Assembly (NCBI GenBank): GCA_963806035.1
Contig: CAWDWO010000026.1
Location: 1 to 64,000, forward strand
Reading direction: 5' to 3'
DNA length: 64,000 nt
DNA from: Candidatus Krumholzibacteriota bacterium
Lineage (GTDB): Bacteria; Krumholzibacteriota; Krumholzibacteriia; JAJRXK01
The position numbers and the translations under genes were made by a program. The notes below the pieces were generated by a model. That model worked only from the letters and a program-made list of their open reading frames with translations, searched no databases and was not told where the DNA came from. This document shows positions 9,977 through 19,838 of this stretch, piece by piece; positions within the stretch are counted from its first letter, which is position 1; every line of letters begins with the position of its first letter.

Positions 9977-11170
9977 CTAAGCCTCACTATCGATAGGATG
10001 CTGTGCGAGGAGTTGCTTATTAGCCCAGAGAAATTCAAGAAGTCGTGCTGCGGTATCTGGTCCCACGCTGGAATGCGTGGGCAAATTGATGAGTTCCGAG
10101 GCTGCGCGTTCACCAAGTCGGCAGGTTCCGGGCTCATAGCCGAATGTTGACAATGGAGCGTCTGCGGGATGTAAGGGCGCATTGAACCAATCCCCTAGTT
10201 CAATATGTTGATGCCGAGCGTCGTTTAGTATCTTCTCTCTATCTAGGACTCGGATGGGAATCCTAAGCGGAACACTACGAGCACCAACAGGCTCTTCCTG
10301 TAAAGGTATATCCCAGGTCCGCAGTTCTCGGTTATAGATTTTAGCTAGAGTTCGACGGTGCTCAATTACTTCGGGCAAACTTTTCAGGGTGGCAGCCAAC
10401 ATAGCCTGACGCCGTCTCCCAAATCGCTTTGCATAGTTCTCGGGCTTCTCCCGCGAAACCAGTTCACTGCGTTCAGAGCTTCCCTTCACTATTCCCATCC
10501 TTCCAAGTCGACGGTAAATGCCCTGTGCTTTCCAAAAGAGAGATGGACGGAAAAACTTCGCGTGAGCTATCGACGCCAGCGATAAAAATATCTCTTCTCT
10601 CCAGGTAGGGGACACGCATTCCTTATCGTGGAACTCACGAAGTCCTTTCCAAAGCTCATCCGAATTTACTCTGGCAAGCCCACCGAGTCCGGTAGTGACA
10701 GGTTTGGACCACTGAAGACTTGCAAACGCGGCATCCCCCAAAGTCCCTACTTGGCGACCGCCTAGAGAAGCCCCCAAGGCGTGCGCGCAGTCTTCGATTA
10801 GGAGGATGCCATGTTTGCGACACACATCTGGGAGCGATCCTAGCTCAGCAGGCACACCGAATGTGTGCTGTACGATAACGGCCCGCGTGCGCGCTCCAAT
10901 TTTGGAGACGGCGGCTTCTGGATCGCCGTTCAACTGCCGTGGATTGATGTCATAGAAGACTGGACGTGCGCCGGTGTAGAGAATAGCCGCTGGGACCACC
11001 ACGCAGGTGAAGCCAGGCAGGACGACCTCATCACCGGCACCGATTCCCGCCGCTCTCAAAATACCAAAGAGCGCAACCCGTCCCTTGAAGAAGGGGAGGG
11101 TCGTGTTCGGGTCGGTCCAAACACCAACCACTGAGTCAGGAGGTGCTGATCTTCGAGAAATCTCCGTCAC
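9977..11170 (-). CDS. DegT/DnrJ/EryC1/StrS sugar aminotransferase
   Basis: PGFTCVVVP, QHTFG, IEDCAHALG, SLQWSKP (PLP lysine). Confidence 0.88.
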   Translation of the reverse strand: MTEISRRSAPPDSVVGVWTDPNTTLPFFKGRVALFGILRAAGIGAGDEVVLPGFTCVVVPAAILYTGARPVFYDINPRQLNGDPEAAVSKIGARTRAVIVQHTFGVPAELGSLPDVCRKHGILLIEDCAHALGASLGGRQVGTLGDAAFASLQWSKPVTTGLGGLARVNSDELWKGLREFHDKECVSPTWREEIFLSLASIAHAKFFRPSLFWKAQGIYRRLGRMGIVKGSSERSELVSREKPENYAKRFGRRRQAMLAATLKSLPEVIEHRRTLAKIYNRELRTWDIPLQEEPVGARSVPLRIPIRVLDREKILNDARHQHIELGDWFNAPLHPADAPLSTFGYEPGTCRLGERAASELINLPTHSSVGPDTAARLLEFLWANKQLLAQHPIDSEA

Positions 11171-11820
11171 GCCTCATCTACCTCTGGAGCGCGGAACTCG
11201 ACTGAGCCCAAGGGCTTGGAATAGACTGCCATCATATGATCGTGATGCTGGAACTCTCCAGCCAGATGATATCCGAGGGCCAAATAGAATGAATTCGACC
11301 TAGGATCGGCAGCATACGTGACGACGCGGTACTCACCTTCGTAGCCCCAGCGATTCAGGGCGCTTTCTAGGGTCTTGAGCAATTTCCGCCCAATCCCCTG
11401 ACCTCTCGCCGCTTCCGAAACGGCGATGCTTAGTAGCTCTCCTCGAAGGCCTAGAGCCTCGTCGGTGGTTTTTTCTTGAGCGGAGGATTGAAAGGGGTAG
11501 ACCAGCGTCTCCACTAGACGACGCCAGGTTCGGAGTGACCAGAGGTTTGGTAAAAGAAAAGTCCCCAAGCGAAACCAATCTCCCCAGATGACCTCTTTGT
11601 AGCAGCGCTTCACATCTGCGGTTCCGCTCACGAATCCCATAACGGTCCCTTCCTCGTCGAGGGCGACCCACACCCCCGAACCTGGGGCCTGACCGATGGC
11701 ACGATAGAGTTCTGCGAGAAAGCGATCTCCCAGGTGCGACAAGAAGCCCAAGGGCAGAGCTAGGCGGTGAAGGCGAGCAACCTCCCGACCATGGACAGGT
11801 TGATACGGAACGATCTTCAT
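11167..11820 (-). CDS. GNAT family N-acetyltransferase
   Basis: LLSIAVSEAARGQGIGRKL acetyl-CoA motif A; FYLALGY. Confidence 0.85.
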   Translation of the reverse strand: MKIVPYQPVHGREVARLHRLALPLGFLSHLGDRFLAELYRAIGQAPGSGVWVALDEEGTVMGFVSGTADVKRCYKEVIWGDWFRLGTFLLPNLWSLRTWRRLVETLVYPFQSSAQEKTTDEALGLRGELLSIAVSEAARGQGIGRKLLKTLESALNRWGYEGEYRVVTYAADPRSNSFYLALGYHLAGEFQHHDHMMAVYSKPLGSVEFRAPEVDEA

Positions 11821-12048
11821 AGGATCCAGCGATCGAGGGTTAAAACGTCGTAGAGGGGGAAATCTTCCACAGTACTGCGCTCCTGTCGACTCTCATCTGC
11901 GCGAATGGGCGCCACTTCCATCAGGGGCAATTTCCATAGACACAAGTACTTCACCGATTCACTTTGCACAGTAGACGTAACCTGACTGTTGGTCCTATCC
12001 TAGCAGCTCCTCAGAAATCTAGTTCACGCCCAAGGAGATGGCCCTCCA

Positions 12049-13950
12049 GTGCCGCCACAAGCCACCCGCATCCGCTACCGCGCCTGGCTGATCTGGTCCA
12101 TCCTGGTGGCCTGCATCGTGACCGCCTACGCTGGCGCCTTCAGCCTCAAGCTGGGGCTGCCCCTCTCGAGCTGGGAGCCCTGGTTCGTCCGCGGATTGCC
12201 CTTCGTGCTGGCGATCAAGGTCCTCGCGCTGGTCTTCTTCCGGGTCGATCGGGGCATGTGGCGCTACGCCGACGTGGGCGACCTCATCTCGACCGCCCTG
12301 GCCATCTTCAGCTCCAACGCCCTGCTCATGGGCCTCACCCTGGCCTTCCAACTGCCCGTCTTCCTGCTCACCATCCTGGCCATCGACCTCTTGATCTCGC
12401 TGCTGATCTTCTCGGGTGCGCGCATGAGCCTTCGGGTCTCGCAGGAGTTGCTCCAGGAGTCCCGCTCCTCGCGCCGCACCGTGGTGATCGGGGCCGGCGA
12501 CGCGGGCGAGGCCGCCGTCCGCGCCATCGCCCGCCAACCCCTGGCCGACCTGCGCCCGGTGGCCTTCGTCGACGACGATCCCCTGAAGCAGGGCCTGCAT
12601 GTGCACGGGGTGCCGGTGGAGGGAACCATCGAGGAGCTTCCGGCAGTGGTGGAGAGGCTCCAGGCGGACAGTGTGCTGATGGCCATCTGCCGCGATATCG
12701 GCCCGAGTCGCATGCGCGAGATCATGACCCTGGCCCGCTCCACGAAGCTCCCGGTGAAGCGCATTCCGCCGCTGGACGAGCTGCTCAACGGCCGCGCCGC
12801 CATCGGCGATTGGCGAGAGTTCTCCATGGACGATCTGCTGAGCCGGGATCCCATCCTCACCGAGCACGAGAGCGTGGCCGATCTGCTCAAGGACGAGACG
12901 GTGCTGGTCACCGGGGCGGCGGGTTCCATCGGAAGCGAGCTGTGCCGGCAGATTCTGGAGCAGCACCCCAAGCGACTCATCCTCCTCGACCAGAACGAGA
13001 ACGCTCTCTTTGAAATCGAGCACGAGCTCGCGGCGCGTCACCCCATGTCGCGCTGCGTCCCCGTGCTGGCCTCGGTGCGCGATGAGGCCAAGCTCGAGTC
13101 CATCTTCGTCCGCTATCGTCCCTCGGTCGTCTTCCACGCCGCCGCCTACAAGCACGTGCCGGTGCTCGAACACTTCCCCGAAGAGGCGGTGCGCAACAAC
13201 GTGAAGGGCACGCGCAACGTGGCGCGTCTGGCCGATCGATTCCACTGCAAGAACTTCGTGTTCATCTCCACCGACAAGGCGGTGCGCCCGACCAGCGTGA
13301 TGGGCACCACCAAGCGCGTGGCCGAGCGCATCGTGGGAGATCTGGATCGGCAGAGCGAAACGCGCTTCACGGTCATCCGCTTCGGCAACGTGCTCGGGAG
13401 CAACGGCAGCGTGGTGCAGCTCTTCCGCAAGCAGATCGCCCAGGGCGGTCCGGTTACAGTTACCCATCCAGAGATCCGGCGGTACTTCATGAGCATTCCC
13501 GAGGCGGTGTCTCTCGTGCTGTGCGCCGCGGCCATGGACGAGGTGGGCGGCACCTACATTCTGGACATGGGCAAGCAGGTGCGGATCCTGGACATGGCGC
13601 GCCACTTCATTCGCCTCTGTGGCCTGGAGCCCGAGAAGGACATCGCCATCGAGATCGTGGGACTGAGGCCAGGGGAGAAGCTCTTCGAAGAACTGTGGAC
13701 CGAGAGCGAGAATCCCCAGTCCACCGCGCACCCCAGCATTCTCTGCGCGCTGCGCGAGGAGAACTCCGATCCCAATCTCGGCGCCGAGGTGGACCGACTG
13801 ATCAGCGCCGCCGAAGCGGGCAAGCGCAACGAGCTGATCCAGCTGCTGCATTCCCTGGTCCCGGCCTATAGCGGCAACCTGCTCGATGGAGAGTCCGTAC
13901 CCGAACTCCGCGTGATCCCCGGCACGCGGAAGGACGTGGCAGGCGCCTGA
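12049..13950 (+). CDS. Membrane-bound UDP-GlcNAc 4,6-dehydratase (PglF/WbpM/CapD family)
   Basis: 4 N-terminal TMs, GAGDAG, TGAAGSIGSEL, HAAAYKHVP, STDKAVRPTSVMGTTKR, RFGNVLGSNGSV, GLRPGEKLFEEL. Confidence 0.93.
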   Translation: MPPQATRIRYRAWLIWSILVACIVTAYAGAFSLKLGLPLSSWEPWFVRGLPFVLAIKVLALVFFRVDRGMWRYADVGDLISTALAIFSSNALLMGLTLAFQLPVFLLTILAIDLLISLLIFSGARMSLRVSQELLQESRSSRRTVVIGAGDAGEAAVRAIARQPLADLRPVAFVDDDPLKQGLHVHGVPVEGTIEELPAVVERLQADSVLMAICRDIGPSRMREIMTLARSTKLPVKRIPPLDELLNGRAAIGDWREFSMDDLLSRDPILTEHESVADLLKDETVLVTGAAGSIGSELCRQILEQHPKRLILLDQNENALFEIEHELAARHPMSRCVPVLASVRDEAKLESIFVRYRPSVVFHAAAYKHVPVLEHFPEEAVRNNVKGTRNVARLADRFHCKNFVFISTDKAVRPTSVMGTTKRVAERIVGDLDRQSETRFTVIRFGNVLGSNGSVVQLFRKQIAQGGPVTVTHPEIRRYFMSIPEAVSLVLCAAAMDEVGGTYILDMGKQVRILDMARHFIRLCGLEPEKDIAIEIVGLRPGEKLFEELWTESENPQSTAHPSILCALREENSDPNLGAEVDRLISAAEAGKRNELIQLLHSLVPAYSGNLLDGESVPELRVIPGTRKDVAGA

Positions 13951-15136
13951 TGTTCAAGCGCACGGCCACAGTCTTGCTCTTCTTCTCGACCCTGCTCTTG
14001 GCAGTGGGCTTCCGCTACGTTTTCTACGGAGAGATCTCGTCCACGGCCGCGCACTGGCTGGAACCGGCGCATCGACTCCTGTTCCTCTTGGCTCTGAGCG
14101 CCAACGCCGCGGCCTTCGGCCTGTGGAAAAAGCACGAGCCCTGGCCGCTTTTCGCGCTGAGCTGGATTCTCGTGCAGACCCTCCTTTTGGGCTGGCTCAG
14201 CCACCACCTGGCTCCTCATCTCACCCCGGTTTACACCCTGCAGGCGGTGCTCGCCCTCGCGCTTCCCTGGCTCTTCTTAGAGGCCAAGTACGAGCCCGGA
14301 TCGAGAATGCGGATCGCCTTCCTCGTCGCGCTGCTTCCGCTCATCAGCGTGGTGTTGGGAATTGTCCTGCAGTTTGTGGGCGTGCACACCCTGTACTCGG
14401 GTCATTTCGGAGGGGTCATTCGCCTGCAGGGCGCGACCAAGGGCGATTACTTCGCGGCCCTGGCCTTCGCGGGGGTGCTGGTAGCCCTTCACGAATGGGT
14501 GCGCACGCGCCGTTGGTCGATGGGCGCCCTCATCTTTCTCAATGCCATTCTGCTGGTCTTCAGTGGGGGCCGAATGGGGTCTTTGCGGCCTTCGTCGGAG
14601 CTCTCGTGTACGTCATTCGCGCGCCCGAAGCGCGCAATGCCCTGTGGCGCCTGAAGGGTTGGGCCTACCTGGGTGCGGCGGCCATGGGAGCGGCGATGGT
14701 GGCCTATGCGCCGATCATGGTCGACCGCATGTACGGACTGGGGGGCGATCAGTTCAACTTCAGCGGCCGAAGGATCATCTGGGCCTCGTATCTGGACAAG
14801 TTTCGCAAGAGCATCTGGTTCGGGCGCGGTCTGGGAGCGGGGCAGGAGGGAGTCTTCGATCCCAACTTTCCCCACAACGAGTACCTGCGCTTCGTGGTGG
14901 AGGGAGGACTGGTGGGCGCGGTCATCCTGCTGCTCGCGATCTGCCTGTGGGCCTGGCGCATGCACGGACACCTGGCCACCAACGACCGGCCCTTCTTCAG
15001 CGCGTTCATGATTGCCATCGCCATCTTCGCAACCACGGACAATCCGCTGAGCGCGACCTATCTCTCGGGCTTCGTGTACTTGGGTTTGCTCAGGAGCGAG
15101 GGTTGGGAAGCGCGGAAGCCGCCCCCGGAAAGCTAA
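13950..15136 (+). pseudogene. O-antigen ligase/Wzy_C family membrane protein, split by one frameshift (possibly a sequencing error)
   Basis: ORF 13950-14654 (TM-rich up to SGGRMG) joins ORF 14123-15136 (VFAAFVGAL...SGRRIIW...FGRGLG...PHNEYLR..VEGGLVG) if one G is added to the G4 run at 14576-14579. Confidence 0.75.
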
Positions 15137-15729
15137 CCGCGAAAGACGGCCTTCTGCAGAGTCTTCGCGATCACACCCACGTCACGTCGCGGTGAGCGCT
15201 GGTTGATGTAGCTGCGGCTGAGGGCGAGCTTGCGCGGCAGGATCTTCTCGCGATAGTAGCGCTCGGGGTCGAGCGCCTTCTCGAGCAGCGAACTCTCATT
15301 GCGAAACACGATGCTGGCCGGATCGGTCAGCCCGGGCCTCACGCTCAAGACTTCCAGCTGCAGCGCGTCCTGCAAGCTCACGAACTTCGGCACCTCCGGA
15401 CGCGGTCCCACCAAACTCATTTCACCGCGAAGCACGTTGAAGAGCTGGGGAATCTCGTCGAGCTTCGTGCGCCGTAAGAATCGTCCCACTTTCGTCACGC
15501 GCGGATCGCGATCCCCCAAGGTTCGCAGATACAGTTCACCGGTGGGATCGAGTCGCATGGTGCGAAATTTCAGAATCTGGAAGATGTGACCGTGACGGCC
15601 GATGCGCTCCTGCGAAAAGAGCACGGGCCCGGGGGAGGAGAACTTGACCGCCAACGCGATGGCCAGCCACAAGGGAGCCCCGAGCAGCAATCCGAAAGCC
15701 GCGAAGATGAGATCGACGAACCGCGGCAT
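15133..15729 (-). CDS. Bacterial sugar transferase (PglC/WcaJ-type phosphoglycosyl transferase)
   Basis: RFVDL, GPVLFSQERIG, KFRTM, DPRVTKVGRFLRRTKLDEIPQLFNVLRGEMSLVGPRPE. Confidence 0.95.
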   Translation of the reverse strand: MPRFVDLIFAAFGLLLGAPLWLAIALAVKFSSPGPVLFSQERIGRHGHIFQILKFRTMRLDPTGELYLRTLGDRDPRVTKVGRFLRRTKLDEIPQLFNVLRGEMSLVGPRPEVPKFVSLQDALQLEVLSVRPGLTDPASIVFRNESSLLEKALDPERYYREKILPRKLALSRSYINQRSPRRDVGVIAKTLQKAVFRG

Positions 15730-15816
15730 GTACCTCTCCAGGACGACGGACCCAAGCTACCAGGCACGAGACTAGTCGAGGGCCCCTAAGTGTCAAGCTC
15801 GAATGCGCTACCACAC

Positions 15817-16998
15817 TCACCCAAGCGACACGGACTCAACGACTTGGTCGATGACCCACCGAAGCTGATCGGCATTCATCGACGGGTAAACGGGGAGGGA
15901 GATTTCGCTCTCGAAGAGGGCCTGCGCGTTGGGAAAGCTTTGGGGTGAAAGCTGATACGTGTCCCGGTAATAGGGCTGGAGGTGCAGCGGGATGAAGTGA
16001 ACGCTGGTTCCAATTCCGCGCCGGGCCAACTCGGTGATCAGAGCGTCGCGAACCGCGCGTCCGCCCATGACCCGTAGCGGATAGAGGTGCCAGGAGTTTC
16101 GATCGCCGTCGTAGGTCTCCATGGGGGCGATGAGTCCCTCGACCTTCGCGAAATTTTCCGAATAGGCGGCGGCGATGGCCGCGCGCCGCAGACGGAAGTC
16201 ATCGATCCGCTTCAGTTGACTCAAACCGAGCGCGGCCATGATGTCGCTCATGTTGTACTTGTACCCCGGCGCCACCACCTCGTAGTACCAGCTGTCCGTC
16301 TTGCGGTAGCGATCGAAGACGTCGTGGCTGATGCCGTGCAGGCGCATGGTGCGCATGCGCGTCGCCAGCTCCGCATTGCGTGTCACCGCCATGCCGCCCT
16401 CTCCGGTGCAGAGAGTCTTGGTGGCATAGAAGGAGAACGCGGTGACGTCTCCGTAACGTCCGATGAGTTTCTTCCTGCGGCGCGTGGGCAGCGCGTGCGC
16501 GGCATCGTCGACCAGACCCAGCCCTTCGCTCTCACAGAACTTCTCCAGCTCTTCCATCTCCACCGGAGCGCCGCCGTAGTGCACGGCGAGCACCGCCTTC
16601 ACTCGCTTCCTTTGATCGGCGGGCAGCGCCTCGTAGGCCTTCTGAAACGCCTTCGCGCTCACGTGCAGCTCGTCGGGGTCGTTGTCCACCAGGAGGGGAT
16701 CGGCGCCCAGATAGCGCGCCACCTCGGCCGAGGCGGTGAAGGTGAAACTGGGGCAGAGGACCAGGTGACCCGGGCCCACCCCGAGGGCTTCCAGGGCCAG
16801 ATGCAACGCGGCCGTGCCCGAATTGACGGCGATGCAGTGCAGGGTCTCGCCCGAGTCCTCGCTGAGGTACCTGGCGAACTCGGATTCGAATTCGCGGCAC
16901 TTGGGTCCGGTGGTGACCCAGCGTTCGCGCAGGACCTCGATCACGCCCGGGATGTCGCTCTCGTCGAGGGAGGGTACGTGGAAGGGAATGGGATCCAT
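15817..16998 (-). CDS. DegT/DnrJ (ArnB/PglE-like) aminotransferase
   Basis: NSGTAALHLAL, DDAAHA, SFYATKTLCTGEGG, GYKYNMSD. Confidence 0.93.
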   Translation of the reverse strand: MDPIPFHVPSLDESDIPGVIEVLRERWVTTGPKCREFESEFARYLSEDSGETLHCIAVNSGTAALHLALEALGVGPGHLVLCPSFTFTASAEVARYLGADPLLVDNDPDELHVSAKAFQKAYEALPADQRKRVKAVLAVHYGGAPVEMEELEKFCESEGLGLVDDAAHALPTRRRKKLIGRYGDVTAFSFYATKTLCTGEGGMAVTRNAELATRMRTMRLHGISHDVFDRYRKTDSWYYEVVAPGYKYNMSDIMAALGLSQLKRIDDFRLRRAAIAAAYSENFAKVEGLIAPMETYDGDRNSWHLYPLRVMGGRAVRDALITELARRGIGTSVHFIPLHLQPYYRDTYQLSPQSFPNAQALFESEISLPVYPSMNADQLRWVIDQVVESVSLG

Positions 16999-17076
16999 GG
17001 AAGCTCTTTCGAGTGGTGGGGCAGATCGCGTGGGGCGGAAGCGTCGCGTCAGGCTAGCCGCCTGAAGTGGGCCCTG

Positions 17077-18327
17077 TCAACTCGCGCGCTCGCGGGCGCC
17101 GTAGAGAAAAACGCAGAACAGCACCACGCCGTAAATGGCGTAGCTGAGCGAGGTGAGCTTGCAGACCTCGACCACCGTGCCGCCGCGGTGGATGACCGTC
17201 TCCACCAGGCCGATCTGCAGGGCCAGGGCACAAAGGCTCACCACCAGGTGACGGTCCTGGTGGCGGATGGTCTGCAGGAAGTAGGTGGAGGGCACCGAGG
17301 CCGAGAAGAAGATGACCCCCGGCAGAATCCAGCGCGCCGCCGGCACACTGGGCAGGTAGGCCGGAAGAAGGGCATGGACCACCGGTGGCAGGAGAATCCA
17401 GCCCAGCGCGGCGGCCAGGGTGGTGAGCACCGCCACGAAGAGAGTGTGACGCAGCACGCGCGCCCGGAGCAGGCTGGCTTTGCCGTAGGCCCCGAAGACC
17501 TTCAGCATGCTGGGGTAGGAGGTGGTTCCCAGCGCGCCGGGCACCACCATCATGATGGTCAAGCCCACCGCGGCCAGACCGTACTCGCTGCCCACCACCG
17601 CCTTGCCGAATCCGGCGGCGATGAGGGCCTTGTTGATGGTGAACTGGAAGCTGAAGACCAGAGCCACCGCCAACAGGGGAAAGCCGTCGCGCAGAATCTC
17701 GGAGCGACTGCCCTTTAGAACCGGCCGCGGGTGCAGCGGTGACCACAGGAACGCGAGCAGCAGGGCGAAGAGCTGCATGATGATCAGCCGCACGAAGGCT
17801 CCGGGCAGCCCGTAGGCCATCACCATGGGCAAGAGGCCCAGATTGAGGAGCGAGCGAAAGAGCAGCACGAGACCCACCCGGCCAAAGCGCGAGTGGGTCT
17901 TGAGCAGGCCGAGGTGGTACTGCAACCAGAGCTCGAGGATCACCGCCACGATGAAAGCCGCGGCTCCGAAGGGATGCTCGCGGTAAAAGGCCAGCGAGAC
18001 CCCCGAGGCCAGCACCACCCACGCGCAGCACAAGAGCGCGAGTAGGCCCGCGCAACGCTGCGCGTAGTGCAGCACTTCCTCCTCGCGCCCCTGGCCCATG
18101 CGCAAGGGGAGCTGGCGGTTCAGCGAGGGGTTGACCCCGAAGTGGAAGTGCTGCCCGTAGTCGAAGAGCAGAAAGAGCACCAGCCATACCCCGGTGCGGG
18201 CCGGTCCGAGAATGCGGAACAGCAGGATCGACTGGGCGAGGTTGACGAACAGCGAACCGTAGAAGGCCGCTCCGTACGAAACCGCCGCCGGGAGTCGAGG
18301 ACGCCGGGTGTCGACTTCAGTGCTCAA
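17077..18327 (-). CDS. Polysaccharide flippase (Wzx/MOP superfamily)
   Basis: Multi-TM; LLFRILGP..TG.W, G.YGLA..LT, YPSM pattern. Confidence 0.7.
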   Translation of the reverse strand: MSTEVDTRRPRLPAAVSYGAAFYGSLFVNLAQSILLFRILGPARTGVWLVLFLLFDYGQHFHFGVNPSLNRQLPLRMGQGREEEVLHYAQRCAGLLALLCCAWVVLASGVSLAFYREHPFGAAAFIVAVILELWLQYHLGLLKTHSRFGRVGLVLLFRSLLNLGLLPMVMAYGLPGAFVRLIIMQLFALLLAFLWSPLHPRPVLKGSRSEILRDGFPLLAVALVFSFQFTINKALIAAGFGKAVVGSEYGLAAVGLTIMMVVPGALGTTSYPSMLKVFGAYGKASLLRARVLRHTLFVAVLTTLAAALGWILLPPVVHALLPAYLPSVPAARWILPGVIFFSASVPSTYFLQTIRHQDRHLVVSLCALALQIGLVETVIHRGGTVVEVCKLTSLSYAIYGVVLFCVFLYGARERAS

Positions 18328-18336
18328 GCCACGAGA

Positions 18337-19655
18337 CTACTCTGGGTAGTACTCGGTCCCCAAGTGCGTAATGAGATCTTCGCCCATCCAGTGGCGCAGG
18401 GTGTTCTTGAGCTTGGTCTGTTGGATGAAGAGATCGTGCTCGGGATACAACCCGGGCGCGGCCTGCGGGCTCTTGAAGTAGAACGAGAGCCACTCCTGAA
18501 TGCCGCGTTGGTTCGCGCGCTGGGCCAGGTCCATGAACAGGGCCAGATCGAGCACGATGGGTGCGGCCAGGATGCTGTCGCGGCACAGGAAGTCGATCTT
18601 GATCTGCATGGGGTAACCCATCCAGCCGAAGATGTCGATGTTGTCCCAGCCCTCTTTGTTGTCCCCGCGCGGCGGATAGTAGTTGATCCGCACCTTGTGG
18701 TAGAGGTCCTTGTAGAGCGTCGGGGTACTTGTCGGGCTGCAGGATGGTGTCGAGCACGCTGAGCTTGCTCACTTCCTTGCTCTTGAAGCTGCCGGGATCG
18801 TCGAGGACCTCACCGTCGCGGTTGCCCAGGATGTTGGTGGAGAACCAGCCGTTCAGGCCCAGCATGCGCGCCTTGAAACCGGGCGCGAGGATGGTCTTCA
18901 TCAGGGTTTGGCCCGTCTTGAAGTCCTTGCCGCCGATGGGTACGCGATTCTCCATGGCCATCGCCATGATGGCCGGAACGTCCATGGTGAGATTGGGCGC
19001 GCCGTTGGCGAAGGGCACCTTCTTCTTCATGGCGGCGTAGCCGTAGATCTGGCTGGGGCTGATGCGCGGGTCGTTGTTGCGCAGTCCCTCCTCGAAGGCC
19101 TGCACCGTCTGATGAACCTCGCTCGGCTCCTCGTACACTTCGGTGGAGGCGCACCACACGATCACCAGACGATCGCAGTTGTGCTTCTTCTTGAACGCGT
19201 CCCATGTCCGCCATGAGCTGCTCGGCCAGATCCATCTTGGTCTTGCCGCTCTTGACGTTCTTCCCGTCCAGCTTCTTGACCCACTCCTTGTCGAAGACCG
19301 CGGGCATGGAGACGATCTCGCTCATCTCGTCCTTGATGGGCAGGAGGTCCTTCTCCTGCAGCACGCCGGCCGTCATCGCGGCCTCGTAGGCGTTCTCCGA
19401 AATGGGATCCCAACCGCCGAACACCAGGTCGTCCAGGTGGGCGAGGGGCACGAACTCGCGGATGAGGGGCTGACGGTCCTCGGTGCGCTTGCCCAGTCGG
19501 ATGTGACCCATCTGGGTGAGGGATCCGATGGGATCGCAGAGACCTTTGCGCAGACTCAGAACGCCGGCGTAGAAGGTGGTCGCCACGGCACCCATGCCGG
19601 GGGTCAGAATTCCGAGTTTCCCTTTGGCGGGGGCGATCTCGATGGGCTTGCTCAC
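18337..19655 (-). pseudogene. ino1: myo-inositol-1-phosphate synthase, interrupted by two single-base frameshifts (possibly sequencing errors)
   Basis: GMGAVATT and LVFGGWD (19655-19200); WCASTE, FANGAPN, GKDFKTGQT, NILGNRDG (19200-18720); INYYPPRGDNKEGWD, CRDSILAAPIVLDL, LSFYFKSP (18720-18337); extra bases near 19202 and 18719. Confidence 0.9.
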
Positions 19656-19767
19656 GGCGCTACCTCCCAGGTGGCCTGATCGTGTGGGTGGAGGACTGAA
19701 GGGTCCTCCCGGCGGCAGGATAGACCGGGAGGAAATATTGTGCTAATGGATAAAAGTTGTGATAACG

Positions 19768-19782
19768 ATAAGTAAATCTTAT
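19768..19782. promoter_or_regulatory. LysR-type binding site (T-N11-A palindrome)
   Basis: ATAAG-TAAAT-CTTAT perfect inverted repeat in an AT-rich patch between divergent ino1 and the LysR gene. Confidence 0.7.
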
Positions 19783-19838
19783 GATTTGTGCGTCGCGGCC
19801 CTCGCGCCCGAGCCCCAGCTCGAGAAGGAGCTTCCCCG

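Noticed and set aside
12019..13851. Long antisense ORFs (for example 12019-13851, 16087-17718, 33021-35147, 37645-39519, 41670-43094, 43137-44903, 59196-60530)
   Set aside because: They shadow well-supported genes on the opposite strand, which is expected in high-GC coding DNA, and show no motifs
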